Shown: one piece after another, positions 8,582-16,722 of the stretch | How the letters are laid out: each line of letters opens with the position of its first letter | Numbering within the stretch: position 1 is the stretch's first letter | Source of the DNA: a virus | Length of the DNA stretch: 64,000 nucleotides | IMG/VR virus record: IMGVR_UViG_3300027973_000032 | Span: 46,289 to 110,288 of that record | Strand: one strand, 5' to 3' | Translations under genes and position numbers: made by a program | Notes under the pieces: generated by a model | Told to the model about the DNA's origin: nothing | Database searches by the model: none | The model's input: only the letters and a program-made list of their open reading frames with translations

Positions 8582-8610
8582 AAGAACATGGACACAAAGG
8601 AGCGAACGAT

Positions 8611-8814
8611 ATGATGGCAGGATTTAGTACTATGGCCAGTTTGGCGGCCAGTCGTGTGCGGCTATTAATGCAACAGACGGACATGGAACGTCCAGCTGAT
8701 TTGATTGCAGATATTATGCACTACTGTAAGGCAGAGGGCATTGAGTTTGATGCTGAAGTCAATGTGGCCGAATTGTACGTGTCAGAAGAAGAAGGATATG
8801 ATGATGCAAATTGA
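8611..8814 (+). CDS. Early hypothetical protein
   Basis: GGAG RBS; DLIADIMHYC motif. Confidence 0.7.
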   Translation: MMAGFSTMASLAASRVRLLMQQTDMERPADLIADIMHYCKAEGIEFDAEVNVAELYVSEEEGYDDAN

Positions 8815-9019
8815 TGGCCTAACAGATGAGCAATACGAGATTGCCGAAACTCTTTGGAACTGTGAAACAGAAGACGAAGTTAGGGAAGTCATTGACCAAA
8901 TTGGCAGTGAAGCATATAGTGTATACCAATTGATGGTGGCCGCACACTTTGATGAGAATTGTACTGATGTCAGTGAAGCGGCGGAGTATTTAAATTCAAT
9001 TAGGGGATGTTATGAGTAA
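8804..9019 (+). CDS. Early acidic hypothetical protein
   Basis: GAAGGA RBS; MQIDGLTDEQ. Confidence 0.65.
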   Translation: MQIDGLTDEQYEIAETLWNCETEDEVREVIDQIGSEAYSVYQLMVAAHFDENCTDVSEAAEYLNSIRGCYE

Positions 9020-9272
9020 GCTTGCATTCATTGGTAGGCCTTGGGTTGCATTTGATGCAGCCAATGCTAATCATCGTCAACAGTTTGCACAATTCCAACG
9101 TTTGGGTACTTGGGGTAAGTGTCCAGTTCGTTTTATTATTTCAGATGATCACGGCGACTTAATCACTATGATACAGCGACGACTTATTGAGTATTACATC
9201 AATCAGGAGTTTGGTCGCAGTGAGTTCCTCCGTCGTACAAATACAACGGCTGTTGACACAAAGACAGCCTGA
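9012..9272 (+). CDS. Early hypothetical protein
   Basis: RPWVAFDA...WGKCPVRF; GGGG RBS. Confidence 0.7.
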   Translation: MSKLAFIGRPWVAFDAANANHRQQFAQFQRLGTWGKCPVRFIISDDHGDLITMIQRRLIEYYINQEFGRSEFLRRTNTTAVDTKTA

Positions 9273-9281
9273 CGTTATACT
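9232..9281 (+). promoter_or_regulatory. Composite box promoter 3
   Basis: GTCG-N8-CAAC, 5 nt, TTGACA, 17 nt, TATACT. Confidence 0.8.
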
Positions 9282-9311
9282 ATTGAAACAGTAACGCAAC
9301 GGAGCAAAGAT

Positions 9312-9596
9312 ATGTGGACCACAGACAATCAACGTGAACTGAGTGCGGCACTTGACCTCATGTATGAGGACCAAGGAGCCCAATTCACTTCAGGCTATGC
9401 TAACAGCTTGGCAGTAGAGATGTTGAACTCCTTGCCCAAACGCCGGCAAAAAGAATTCATCAAACAGGTACAGACCTTCAATGGTCGTCAGCTGGTCAAA
9501 GTAAAGCATCTGTTGACTGGTGCTGAGGTAGAGATCCGTAGGAGTGAGCGTGGTACCTGTGTTGACCCCAGCACGGAACGGTATCACACTATGTGA
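9312..9596 (+). CDS. Early hypothetical protein
   Basis: GGAG RBS; C-terminal DPSTERYHTM. Confidence 0.75.
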   Translation: MWTTDNQRELSAALDLMYEDQGAQFTSGYANSLAVEMLNSLPKRRQKEFIKQVQTFNGRQLVKVKHLLTGAEVEIRRSERGTCVDPSTERYHTM

Positions 9597-9597
9597 T

Positions 9598-9646
9598 GTT
9601 GTATGCATACAACGGCCTAGACAAACTGGGCCGTTGAAGTTATACT
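9598..9646 (+). promoter_or_regulatory. Composite box promoter 4
   Basis: GTTGTATGCATACAAC, GGCC, TAGACA, 17 nt, TATACT. Confidence 0.85.
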
Positions 9647-9677
9647 AATGAAACAGTAACGCAACGGAGCAACAAAG

Positions 9678-9911
9678 ATGGCAAATTCCAGATTCCCAAA
9701 CATGAGCTATTGTATGTGTGAGAATACAGTAGCGGCCCTAGTCCAGATTATTGAGCACATGGACGAGGATCCTGAGAACTTCCTGCAAGACTTGAGCATG
9801 ACGGAATTGAATTCGTTCAATCGTTTATACGAGCTCTGCAAAGAGTTTCGTAGGACTGCGGACTTTGTTGCTGAAATTGCCGATGAACTTGCATTATCAA
9901 CTGAGGAGTAA
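9678..9911 (+). CDS. Early hypothetical protein
   Basis: GGAG RBS; NMSYCxxENT motif. Confidence 0.75.
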   Translation: MANSRFPNMSYCMCENTVAALVQIIEHMDEDPENFLQDLSMTELNSFNRLYELCKEFRRTADFVAEIADELALSTEE

Positions 9912-9916
9912 TTAGC

Positions 9917-10111
9917 ATGAACTTGACATATAAAGATCTCAAAGACTTTTTAGAAACTCTTACTGCCGAGCAATTGGCCTGTAATGTGTCTGTATATACT
10001 GGAGACACTGACGAAGCCTATCCTGTATTTGCCGCTGGGTTTAATACTAAAGAGGAAATGGGCGAAGAGTTAGATACATTAGATCCTGGCCATCCTATTC
10101 TATTGTTTTAA
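9917..10111 (+). CDS. Early hypothetical protein
   Basis: GAGGAG RBS. Confidence 0.7.
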   Translation: MNLTYKDLKDFLETLTAEQLACNVSVYTGDTDEAYPVFAAGFNTKEEMGEELDTLDPGHPILLF

Positions 10112-10123
10112 GGAGTAATTAGC

Positions 10124-10417
10124 ATGAACGCAGATCAAATTGCCAAATCCATTCGTTTCACGCCCTGGACCAATGACGACCTTACCAAATTCGTTGATGC
10201 TGTCAAGTATGCGCGAGCCCAATTGGTTCGTAATAACATTAGGGAATTCGTTGAAGGCGATGCTGTTCGTTTTAACAGTCGTAAACACGGCCTTATTGGT
10301 GGCATTGTAGAGCATGTGGCAATTAAGTATGTCACAGTCCGTAGTCCAGTAGGCTTATTCCGTGTGCCAGCTAACATGCTGACACGGCGTGAACAACCAA
10401 TGGTTGCCTTTGCCTAA
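10124..10417 (+). CDS. Early hypothetical protein, SH3-like C-terminus
   Basis: AGGAG RBS; same GGAGTAATTAGCATGAAC start context as the previous ORF. Confidence 0.7.
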   Translation: MNADQIAKSIRFTPWTNDDLTKFVDAVKYARAQLVRNNIREFVEGDAVRFNSRKHGLIGGIVEHVAIKYVTVRSPVGLFRVPANMLTRREQPMVAFA

Positions 10418-10419
10418 TT

Positions 10420-10468
10420 GTTGTAAGAACGCAACGGGCTAGACACACTGGCCCAACGATAGTATACT
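10420..10468 (+). promoter_or_regulatory. Composite box promoter 5
   Basis: GTTGTAAGAACGCAAC, GGGC, TAGACA, 17 nt, TATACT. Confidence 0.85.
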
Positions 10469-10497
10469 AGTGAAACAGTAACGCAACGGAGCACGTG

Positions 10498-10662
10498 ATG
10501 AAGAAAGGCATTTACCTTACAGTAGAGCAGACAGTAGAGATTCTCAGTAACACAGATTCGTTTGTGTTGGAAGAGATCTTAGAGCGATTGGTTGAGAGTG
10601 ATCCAGGCACTGCCTACGTGATTCAAACCATTCTCAATAACTTGGAAAAGGAAATGGCATGA
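10498..10662 (+). CDS. Early hypothetical protein (54 aa, not in ORF track)
   Basis: GGAG RBS; MKKGIYLTVEQ...LEKEMA*. Confidence 0.65.
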   Translation: MKKGIYLTVEQTVEILSNTDSFVLEEILERLVESDPGTAYVIQTILNNLEKEMA

Positions 10663-10750
10663 GCGGTGACAAAGGTGATCGCATGGTAGCCATTGCAATG
10701 GCTGCATGTTTTGCTGTTCTTACTTGTTTGACTATTAAAGGATATCTATA

Positions 10751-11227
10751 ATGGGTACTCGTAGCCGCATTGGTGTTAAGGTCAATGGTGTATACCTCAG
10801 CGTATATTGTCATTGGGATGGTTATGCAGAACATAACGGTGCAATCCTTATGGCTCACTACAATGATCAGGCCCGGGTTGAAGAGCTTGTATGCATGGGC
10901 GATATGAGCACGCTAGGCAAAGACATTGGTGAGAAGCATGGCTTTAGCAGCCGTGACATGGATATCCCATACGAGAAGTTTGAAGAACTCTATGGCGATA
11001 TGTGTACCTTTTACGGACGTGATCGAGACGAAACTGATGTAGGCTTTAAGACTGCTGCCACTGTTAAAGACTTCCTTGACCAATGTGAAAGCTGTGGTGC
11101 TGAATACTACTACATCTTCAACAATGGTGAATGGCTATATGGTAGCCTACATGAACGTGACGACGAGTACTATACGTTCGTTTCGTTGCGTACGGTATTT
11201 GCCAAGAAAGAAAGGGAAGCAGCATGA
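10751..11227 (+). CDS. Conserved phage hypothetical protein
   Basis: MGTRSRIG...YCHWDGY...EYYYIF motif. Confidence 0.8.
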   Translation: MGTRSRIGVKVNGVYLSVYCHWDGYAEHNGAILMAHYNDQARVEELVCMGDMSTLGKDIGEKHGFSSRDMDIPYEKFEELYGDMCTFYGRDRDETDVGFKTAATVKDFLDQCESCGAEYYYIFNNGEWLYGSLHERDDEYYTFVSLRTVFAKKEREAA

Positions 11228-11373
11228 ACTCAGCACAAACAGTAGAAGTCATTGTGCGTCTGTATATTGAAAAGGATGCAGACGTCAATGAAGTATTGCA
11301 AGAGATGGATTACAGTTTCAAGTATCCAGGCATTCTAGCCACAGAGATTGTGGATGTGAACACAGAGATTTGA
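11224..11373 (+). CDS. Early hypothetical protein (49 aa, not in ORF track)
   Basis: ATGA overlap; MNSAQTVEV...EMDYSF...VNTEI*. Confidence 0.6.
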   Translation: MNSAQTVEVIVRLYIEKDADVNEVLQEMDYSFKYPGILATEIVDVNTEI

Positions 11374-11375
11374 CT

Positions 11376-11424
11376 GTTGTACTCTTACAACAGAGTTGAC
11401 AGGGCGTGGGGTAGGCTATATAAT
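11376..11424 (+). promoter_or_regulatory. Composite box promoter 6
   Basis: GTTGTACTCTTACAAC, AGAG, TTGACA, 17 nt, TATAAT. Confidence 0.9.
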
Positions 11425-11457
11425 ATTGAAACTGTAACAAAGAGTTGGAGCAAATAG

Positions 11458-12333
11458 ATGCCTAAGATGATCACTATGGAGACCATGCAGTTAAAAAAAG
11501 CACCCGTTCGCACAGAGAGCCTTGCACAAGAACCAAGTAAGAAGGTTCTCAAAGAGACTGATGACCAAATCAAAAGTCGTCTACGTGAACGTTTCCAAGT
11601 ACTTGAAGACATGACTCGTGCCGTAAAGAAAGGCCAAGTACGAGCAATGATTGTAAGTGGTCCACCTGGAGTGGGCAAGAGCTTTGGTGTTGAAGCTGTA
11701 TTAAGTAAACACGACACAATGGCCAATATCGCTGGCAATGAAAAGCTCAAAAAGTATGAAGTAGTCAAAGGTGCAATGAGTGCATTGGGTCTCTACAAGA
11801 AGCTGTTTGAGTTTAGTGGCACAAAGAATATCCTTGTGTTCGATGACTGTGATAGTGTATTGTTAGATGACTTGTCGCTGAACATTCTCAAAGCAGCATT
11901 GGACAGTGGCAAGAAGCGTATGATTCACTGGAATACGGAGAGTCATGCATTGAATAGAGATGGCATTCCAGACAGCTTTGAGTTTAAAGGTGGTGCAATC
12001 TTTATCACCAATATCAAGTTTGACAATGTAAAGAGTCGCAAACTGCGTGACCATTTAGAAGCATTGGAGAGCCGTTGCCATTATTTGGACCTGACCATTG
12101 ACACTGATCGTGAGAAGATCTTACGTATTAGACAGATCATTGAAGATGGCATGTTAGATGAGTATGAGTTTGGTGATGATGGACGTGAAGCCGTTATTCA
12201 CTTCATTGACACTCACAAGACTGAATTGCGTGAGTTGTCATTGCGTATGGTATTAAAGATTGCAGATCTCAAAGCATCGTTCCCAGACCGTTGGGAGAAT
12301 GTTGCAAAGATGACTTGTATGCGTCGTAATTAA
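11458..12333 (+). CDS. AAA+ family ATPase
   Basis: Walker A GPPGVGKS, Walker B LVFDDCD, sensor IFITN, arginine finger ALESR. Confidence 0.85.
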   Translation: MPKMITMETMQLKKAPVRTESLAQEPSKKVLKETDDQIKSRLRERFQVLEDMTRAVKKGQVRAMIVSGPPGVGKSFGVEAVLSKHDTMANIAGNEKLKKYEVVKGAMSALGLYKKLFEFSGTKNILVFDDCDSVLLDDLSLNILKAALDSGKKRMIHWNTESHALNRDGIPDSFEFKGGAIFITNIKFDNVKSRKLRDHLEALESRCHYLDLTIDTDREKILRIRQIIEDGMLDEYEFGDDGREAVIHFIDTHKTELRELSLRMVLKIADLKASFPDRWENVAKMTCMRRN

Positions 12334-12339
12334 TTCCCG

Positions 12340-12398
12340 TCAAAAACTCGTCGCTCCCGAGTTTTTGAATCCCCCGTCGCTCCCGGGGGATTTTTTTT
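12340..12398 (+). terminator. Twin hairpins; the second is a Rho-independent terminator
   Basis: CAAAAACTCG/CGAGTTTTTG and AATCCCCCG/CGGGGGATT plus a T run; both loops are TCGCTCC. Confidence 0.8.
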
Positions 12399-12399
12399 G

Positions 12400-12448
12400 G
12401 TTGCATAGAAACAACACCATTGACTGAACTACTCAAAGGCACTATACT
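12400..12448 (+). promoter_or_regulatory. Composite box promoter 7
   Basis: GTTGCATAGAAACAAC, ACCA, TTGACT, 17 nt, TATACT. Confidence 0.85.
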
Positions 12449-12481
12449 AAGAACATGGACAAAACGAAACTGGAGTACAAG

Positions 12482-12724
12482 ATGGCACGTAAGCAAACCA
12501 ACTACCTTTTGGAACTCATCGACAGCGGCATGCTCAGTGCTGATGACGTCGTTACTATGGCACTCAAGTACATGAGTGAAGACGAAGTCGCTGACATGAT
12601 GCGGGTTAACGACATCCTTGTTGAAGACGATGAAGAGTTTGGGGACGACGATGATCAGGCAGAAGAATGGCACGACAGCGTCAGCGAGTCACAAGAATGG
12701 CACGACTACGACGAAGATTGTTGA
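12482..12724 (+). CDS. Early acidic hypothetical protein
   Basis: GGAG RBS; YMSEDEVADM; in-frame upstream ATG at 12455. Confidence 0.75.
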   Translation: MARKQTNYLLELIDSGMLSADDVVTMALKYMSEDEVADMMRVNDILVEDDEEFGDDDDQAEEWHDSVSESQEWHDYDEDC

Positions 12725-12725
12725 T

Positions 12726-12774
12726 GTTGTAAGCATACAACGGGCTTGCTCAAAAGGCCCGTTGGAGTTATACT
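12726..12774 (+). promoter_or_regulatory. Composite box promoter 8
   Basis: GTTGTAAGCATACAAC, GGGC, TTGCTC, 17 nt, TATACT. Confidence 0.85.
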
Positions 12775-12801
12775 AAGAGCATGGACACACAGGAGCACAA
12801 G

Positions 12802-12957
12802 ATGAAGACAGACAAAGCACAACAGGCCGTAATCCAACTGCTTAAGAGCAAGTTGGCTCGGGAAGACGAAGCAACGGTAAAGGCTGCTTTCTTTAACGTG
12901 TTCAAAGACATTGATCAGAAGTTGGCTCGTGTACTGTGGCTGGAGGCAAAGGTATGA
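12802..12957 (+). CDS. Early hypothetical protein (51 aa, not in ORF track)
   Basis: AGGAG RBS; MKTDKAQQAV...WLEAKV*. Confidence 0.65.
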   Translation: MKTDKAQQAVIQLLKSKLAREDEATVKAAFFNVFKDIDQKLARVLWLEAKV

Positions 12958-13094
12958 CCGCACAAGAATTGATTGACTTGTTGACGAAGTTAGATCCCAA
13001 TAAAGAGATACTGATCTATGATGGATCGTGGGATCAAAACAAGTCAATCAGCGAAGTAGAAGTTAACGAAGACGGCGACGTCGTTATTTGGTAA
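12954..13094 (+). CDS. Early hypothetical protein (46 aa, not in ORF track)
   Basis: GGAGG RBS and ATGA overlap; MTAQELIDLL...DVVIW*. Confidence 0.65.
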   Translation: MTAQELIDLLTKLDPNKEILIYDGSWDQNKSISEVEVNEDGDVVIW

Positions 13095-13104
13095 GGAGAA
13101 CATA

Positions 13105-13308
13105 ATGGCACGAATGAAAGAACTTTACGAAGATGTTAGGGAAATGTTCGAACAGGGCCTTAGCGATGCAGCCATTGCCTATGCCACTGGTCAACCCATT
13201 GAATTGATACAAGACTGCACGGCGCAGTTCATTGACGAAGATGAAGAAGGCTTTGACTTCGACCAAGTGGCTGCGGATGACTTTTCCTTCGACGAAATAG
13301 AGTATTAA
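13105..13308 (+). CDS. Early acidic protein, possible HTH
   Basis: AAGGAG RBS; GLSDAAIAYATGQPIELI. Confidence 0.7.
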   Translation: MARMKELYEDVREMFEQGLSDAAIAYATGQPIELIQDCTAQFIDEDEEGFDFDQVAADDFSFDEIEY

Positions 13309-13350
13309 AAAAACAACAGGCTTGCTCAAACTGCCTGTTGATAGTATACT
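13302..13350 (+). promoter_or_regulatory. Composite box promoter 9
   Basis: Degenerate left half-site, CAAC, AGGC, TTGCTC, 17 nt, TATACT. Confidence 0.8.
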
Positions 13351-13377
13351 AAGAACATGGCAACACAGGAGCACAAG

Positions 13378-13593
13378 ATGGGGTACAAGGTGGTAGCAGA
13401 CAAGTACCAAATGGACATGATGCGTGAGAAATACGGCCCACGCAAAGGTCTGGAAGGTCCCTTCAACTTCAGTGGCCGTGTTCTTTACTACGATGTCCGA
13501 GAAGGCTCCTACTACGACCCACGTACAGACTTCTACGTGGCTCAGGACGAAATGACGTCAATCCACAACCAACTACTGGACAAGATGCGATGA
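13378..13593 (+). CDS. Early hypothetical protein
   Basis: GLEGPF..GRVLYYD..EG.YYDP..DFY; in-frame upstream ATG at 13357. Confidence 0.75.
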   Translation: MGYKVVADKYQMDMMREKYGPRKGLEGPFNFSGRVLYYDVREGSYYDPRTDFYVAQDEMTSIHNQLLDKMR

Positions 13594-13829
13594 ACTGGAA
13601 CAAAGAAGGCCAACAGGTTGCTGGAGTGTACTTGGGTGCCTACACCGTCACTGGTGTGGTTCAAAGCAGCCGTGTCAAATACGGCGGCAAGGTCCAACAC
13701 CGCGTCCTGCTAGACAAGCCCGTTATGGTGTTTGGCCGTGAGGCAGAGGAACTCCTGTTGGACGACGAAGAACTGTTCACCAAACCCCGTAAGGGCATGA
13801 TGGATGTTGTATTTGAACAACAGGCTTGA
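13590..13829 (+). CDS. Early hypothetical protein
   Basis: G.V.SSRVKYGG.VQH motif; ATGA overlap. Confidence 0.75.
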   Translation: MNWNKEGQQVAGVYLGAYTVTGVVQSSRVKYGGKVQHRVLLDKPVMVFGREAEELLLDDEELFTKPRKGMMDVVFEQQA

Positions 13830-13854
13830 CGATTTGAGCAGCCGACGTTATACT
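13806..13854 (+). promoter_or_regulatory. Composite box promoter 10
   Basis: GTTGTATTTGAACAAC, AGGC, TTGACG, 17 nt, TATACT. Confidence 0.85.
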
Positions 13855-13883
13855 ATTGAAACAGTACAGCAAAGGAGCAACTA

Positions 13884-14108
13884 ATGTTCGCAGTAGTAGA
13901 TACCAAAACAGAAGAACCCATTAAGACTTATAAGACATTTAAAGGCGCTGCCATTGCCATGCGAGCAATGAACAAGAAGGCAGGCTTTCCAATACGAATG
14001 ACTCGTTGCTGGACACGCGGACTGAGCTTGGAATGGTGCCGCACAATGAACGATGAATACGAATACGGTCCCTACGCTGTGGGCGGCCAAATCCATTACG
14101 TAGGTTAA
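13884..14108 (+). CDS. Early hypothetical protein
   Basis: AAGGAG RBS. Confidence 0.7.
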   Translation: MFAVVDTKTEEPIKTYKTFKGAAIAMRAMNKKAGFPIRMTRCWTRGLSLEWCRTMNDEYEYGPYAVGGQIHYVG

Positions 14109-14118
14109 GGAGAATACA

Positions 14119-14607
14119 ATGCCTAATTGGTGTAATAATACTGTCACTATCAAACATAGTGACCCAAAGATGATTGCTCGTGTACGCGATGCCTTTGAAC
14201 AAGAACGGCTGTGCAATGAGTTCCTTCCCAATCCCAATGGTGAATGGTCGTGGGAACACTCGGTGAACACTTGGGGAACCAAATGGGAAATTGCCGGAGA
14301 GATTGACAGCATTGAAGACGGAGTAGTCCTCACCTTTGATAGTGCATGGGCTCCCCCAATTGGCCTATACGAAAAGCTCTACTCACTGGGCTATGAAGTC
14401 ACTGCTCGTTACTATGAACCAGGTATGGCCTTTGCCGGCACATACGAAGATGGTAGCGATGACTGCTACGACTACAGTGGCATGAATGCTGATGAGATTG
14501 AAAAGTACCTCCCAGAAGAACTGGACCAGTACTTTGGCATCAGCGAGACTGTGAGTCAGTGGGAAGAAGAAAACAACGAAGAAACGGTTGACAGCAACGA
14601 CGATTGA
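14119..14607 (+). CDS. DUF1281/YubB-like ferredoxin-fold protein
   Basis: MPNWCNN...WGTKW...FDSAWAPP...YYEPGMAFAG. Confidence 0.8.
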   Translation: MPNWCNNTVTIKHSDPKMIARVRDAFEQERLCNEFLPNPNGEWSWEHSVNTWGTKWEIAGEIDSIEDGVVLTFDSAWAPPIGLYEKLYSLGYEVTARYYEPGMAFAGTYEDGSDDCYDYSGMNADEIEKYLPEELDQYFGISETVSQWEEENNEETVDSNDD

Positions 14608-14661
14608 TGTTACTATATTGATACTGCGAAAGCACGTACACACACTAAAAGGAAATTGAAA

Positions 14662-15057
14662 ATGGCTACTGATAAGACTTTTACCGTTGCAGGTGTATCC
14701 AAACACAAAGGCGAATACAAGGTTCGCTTTGCCAATGATGTTATGCGAGTTAAGGTACTGACTAAAGGCGGACACGAAGATATTCGTCTTGTTGAACTAG
14801 ACGAACCCCTCTCCAAGCTTGATGCAGTTCTGGCAATTAAGAACATGACTGAGTTCGCAGACGTCAATGCACAGAATGCATTTTTGGAATACGTTGAACG
14901 TAATGTGCCAGCTGCCAAACCAGAAAGCACACCCTCTGCTACCAAAACCAAAGCAGTCGTTGCTAAGGCAAAGGTAAGTACAGTGACCCCACAAGTGCCT
15001 GCACTGAAAGGCATGACCCCGTTGGGTTTTAAAGATGTAGAGGACGCACCGTTTTAA
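14662..15057 (+). CDS. Hypothetical protein with a Lys/Ala-rich tail
   Basis: FTVAGVS...KVRFAND; preceded by TTGACA, 17 nt, TACTAT at 14588 (no box). Confidence 0.75.
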   Translation: MATDKTFTVAGVSKHKGEYKVRFANDVMRVKVLTKGGHEDIRLVELDEPLSKLDAVLAIKNMTEFADVNAQNAFLEYVERNVPAAKPESTPSATKTKAVVAKAKVSTVTPQVPALKGMTPLGFKDVEDAPF

Positions 15058-15058
15058 T

Positions 15059-15247
15059 ATGAGCTGGGAAATGTACGAAGTCTGGGCCGTTGACCTCAAC
15101 GGTCACGAGACACTGATCGACACTACTAAAGACATCAAACGAGCAAGGCTACTGGCCAGAGAGTCGTTGGATGAAATCAATATAGAATGTATCATCTATA
15201 AAGAGACTGAGGATGGTGAATTAGCATTGGTGGAAAGACTTCAGTGA
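15059..15247 (+). CDS. Hypothetical protein
   Basis: Contiguous ORF just before the tRNAs. Confidence 0.6.
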   Translation: MSWEMYEVWAVDLNGHETLIDTTKDIKRARLLARESLDEINIECIIYKETEDGELALVERLQ

Positions 15248-15253
15248 TGTACG

Positions 15254-15331
15254 GGGCCTCTAGCTCATGTTGGTTAGAGCAGTGGACTCATAATCCATTG
15301 GTGCCGAGTTCGACTCTCGGGGGGCCCACCA
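15254..15331 (+). tRNA. tRNA with CAT anticodon, most likely Ile2 (lysidine type)
   Basis: Acceptor GGGCCTC/GGGGCCC, anticodon loop CTCATAA, TTCGA, encoded CCA. C4-G69 and C5-G68 match tRNA-Ile2; there is no C1:A72 initiator mismatch. Confidence 0.9.
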
Positions 15332-15335
15332 ATTA

Positions 15336-15420
15336 GCCCGGATGGTGAAATAGGTAGACACAAGAGACTTAAAATCTCTCGCCGAAAGGTGTGCCGGTTC
15401 GAGTCCGGCTCCGGGCACCA
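15336..15420 (+). tRNA. tRNA-Leu(TAA)
   Basis: GCCCGGA/TCCGGGC stem, CTTAAAA loop, long variable arm, CCA. Confidence 0.93.
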
Positions 15421-15423
15421 TAT

Positions 15424-15499
<76 letters not shown>

Positions 15500-15518
15500 T
15501 TGATATAACCATGGGGGT

Positions 15519-15567
15519 GTTGTAAAAATACAACACTCTTGCTTTTTTTTACGAGCTGTGCTATAAT
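15519..15567 (+). promoter_or_regulatory. Composite box promoter 11
   Basis: GTTGTAAAAATACAAC, ACTC, TTGCTT, 17 nt, TG-extended TATAAT. Confidence 0.85.
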
Positions 15568-15604
15568 TTACACATACTAAATTAACACACAGAGAGTTCT
15601 AAAA

Positions 15605-15895
15605 ATGCAAAAGCTTACAGCTACACACATTACTAAAATTAATACCATTATGCTTGATACTATTAGCACGTACATTAAACAGTACAACATTGCTAATACT
15701 TACGATCCGCTCTTAATTACGGATACTTTGCATAACACTTATGCATTGCATAAGTTTAATAATACAAAAAACATACAAGAGTTGCATAACGCAATTATTG
15801 CACAAGACACCTTAGTACGCGAGTACTTTGTTAATGTACTTCGTTATATTGAAAATAACAATTTAATCCCTGCTAGCAAATTTTGCTGTAGTTAA
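15605..15895 (+). CDS. Early hypothetical protein (AT-rich, no Gly or Trp)
   Basis: Directly downstream of a box promoter; AGAGAG RBS. Confidence 0.65.
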   Translation: MQKLTATHITKINTIMLDTISTYIKQYNIANTYDPLLITDTLHNTYALHKFNNTKNIQELHNAIIAQDTLVREYFVNVLRYIENNNLIPASKFCCS

Positions 15896-15911
15896 AAACG
15901 ATATAACAAGT

Positions 15912-15980
15912 GTTGCATAAAAACAACACTTGTTGTAATAAAACAACAGCATTGACAAAAACAGATCCAGACACTATAAT
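15912..15980 (+). promoter_or_regulatory. Composite box promoter 12 (two tandem boxes)
   Basis: Boxes at 15912 and 15932, AGCA, TTGACA, 17 nt, TATAAT. Confidence 0.9.
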
Positions 15981-16016
15981 ATACACATACTTAGTTAACA
16001 CAGAGAGAGAAAGAAA

Positions 16017-16265
16017 ATGGCTACAATGGCAAACGTATACAAACGTATTATTATTAACTGCTACGGCAAAATTTATGCACGAGGCGATGCAGGCTTAGAC
16101 TACATGGATAGGCATGAGGCAATGCTTGCAGACGATTTAGATGTGCTAATGCAACATGTATATAACGATGAGTTAGATACTGTTAGCACAGATAAATTAC
16201 GTGCGCTTGCAGATGCATTGCAAGTCGTTGTCTACGACGCTGAGTTTGACTTAGAGTCTTTTTAA
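16017..16265 (+). CDS. Early hypothetical protein
   Basis: Directly downstream of a box promoter. Confidence 0.7.
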   Translation: MATMANVYKRIIINCYGKIYARGDAGLDYMDRHEAMLADDLDVLMQHVYNDELDTVSTDKLRALADALQVVVYDAEFDLESF

Positions 16266-16337
16266 TACAGGTACTATAATGCAAGGCCAATGGATTTGCG
16301 TCAATGGCAAATGGATCTTTATTAGAGACAACGAACA

Positions 16338-16649
16338 ATGAATAAAGTTATTAGAGATGGATTTGTTGCAGTACTATACAGCCCAGGCTACGGCGCAGGT
16401 TGGTATACTTGGCATAACATTCCAGAACTCATATACGATCCAACTATAGTTGAAATGATTGAACAGGGTCGTCTCAACGACGTCGAAGCTTATTGCGAAC
16501 TCACATACCCCTCCTTTACCAAATGCTATATGGGCGCATCTGATCTCGAGATCAGCTGGATTAAAGAAGGTCGCGTATTCCTTATAGAAGAATACGACGG
16601 CAACGAAAGCATCCGCTTCAGAGAAGACATCCACTGGCTTGTTGCTTAA
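16338..16649 (+). CDS. Conserved phage hypothetical protein
   Basis: VAVLYSPGYGAGWYTW...IEEYDGNESI. Confidence 0.8.
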   Translation: MNKVIRDGFVAVLYSPGYGAGWYTWHNIPELIYDPTIVEMIEQGRLNDVEAYCELTYPSFTKCYMGASDLEISWIKEGRVFLIEEYDGNESIRFREDIHWLVA

Positions 16650-16689
16650 CTACAACAGGGTAGACATAGGGCCCAACTGGCCGTATAAT
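16641..16689 (+). promoter_or_regulatory. Composite box promoter 13
   Basis: GTTGCTTAACTACAAC, AGGG, TAGACA, 17 nt, TATAAT. Confidence 0.85.
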
Positions 16690-16722
16690 TACTACATGGA
16701 CAAAGCAAACAAGGAGCAGGCA

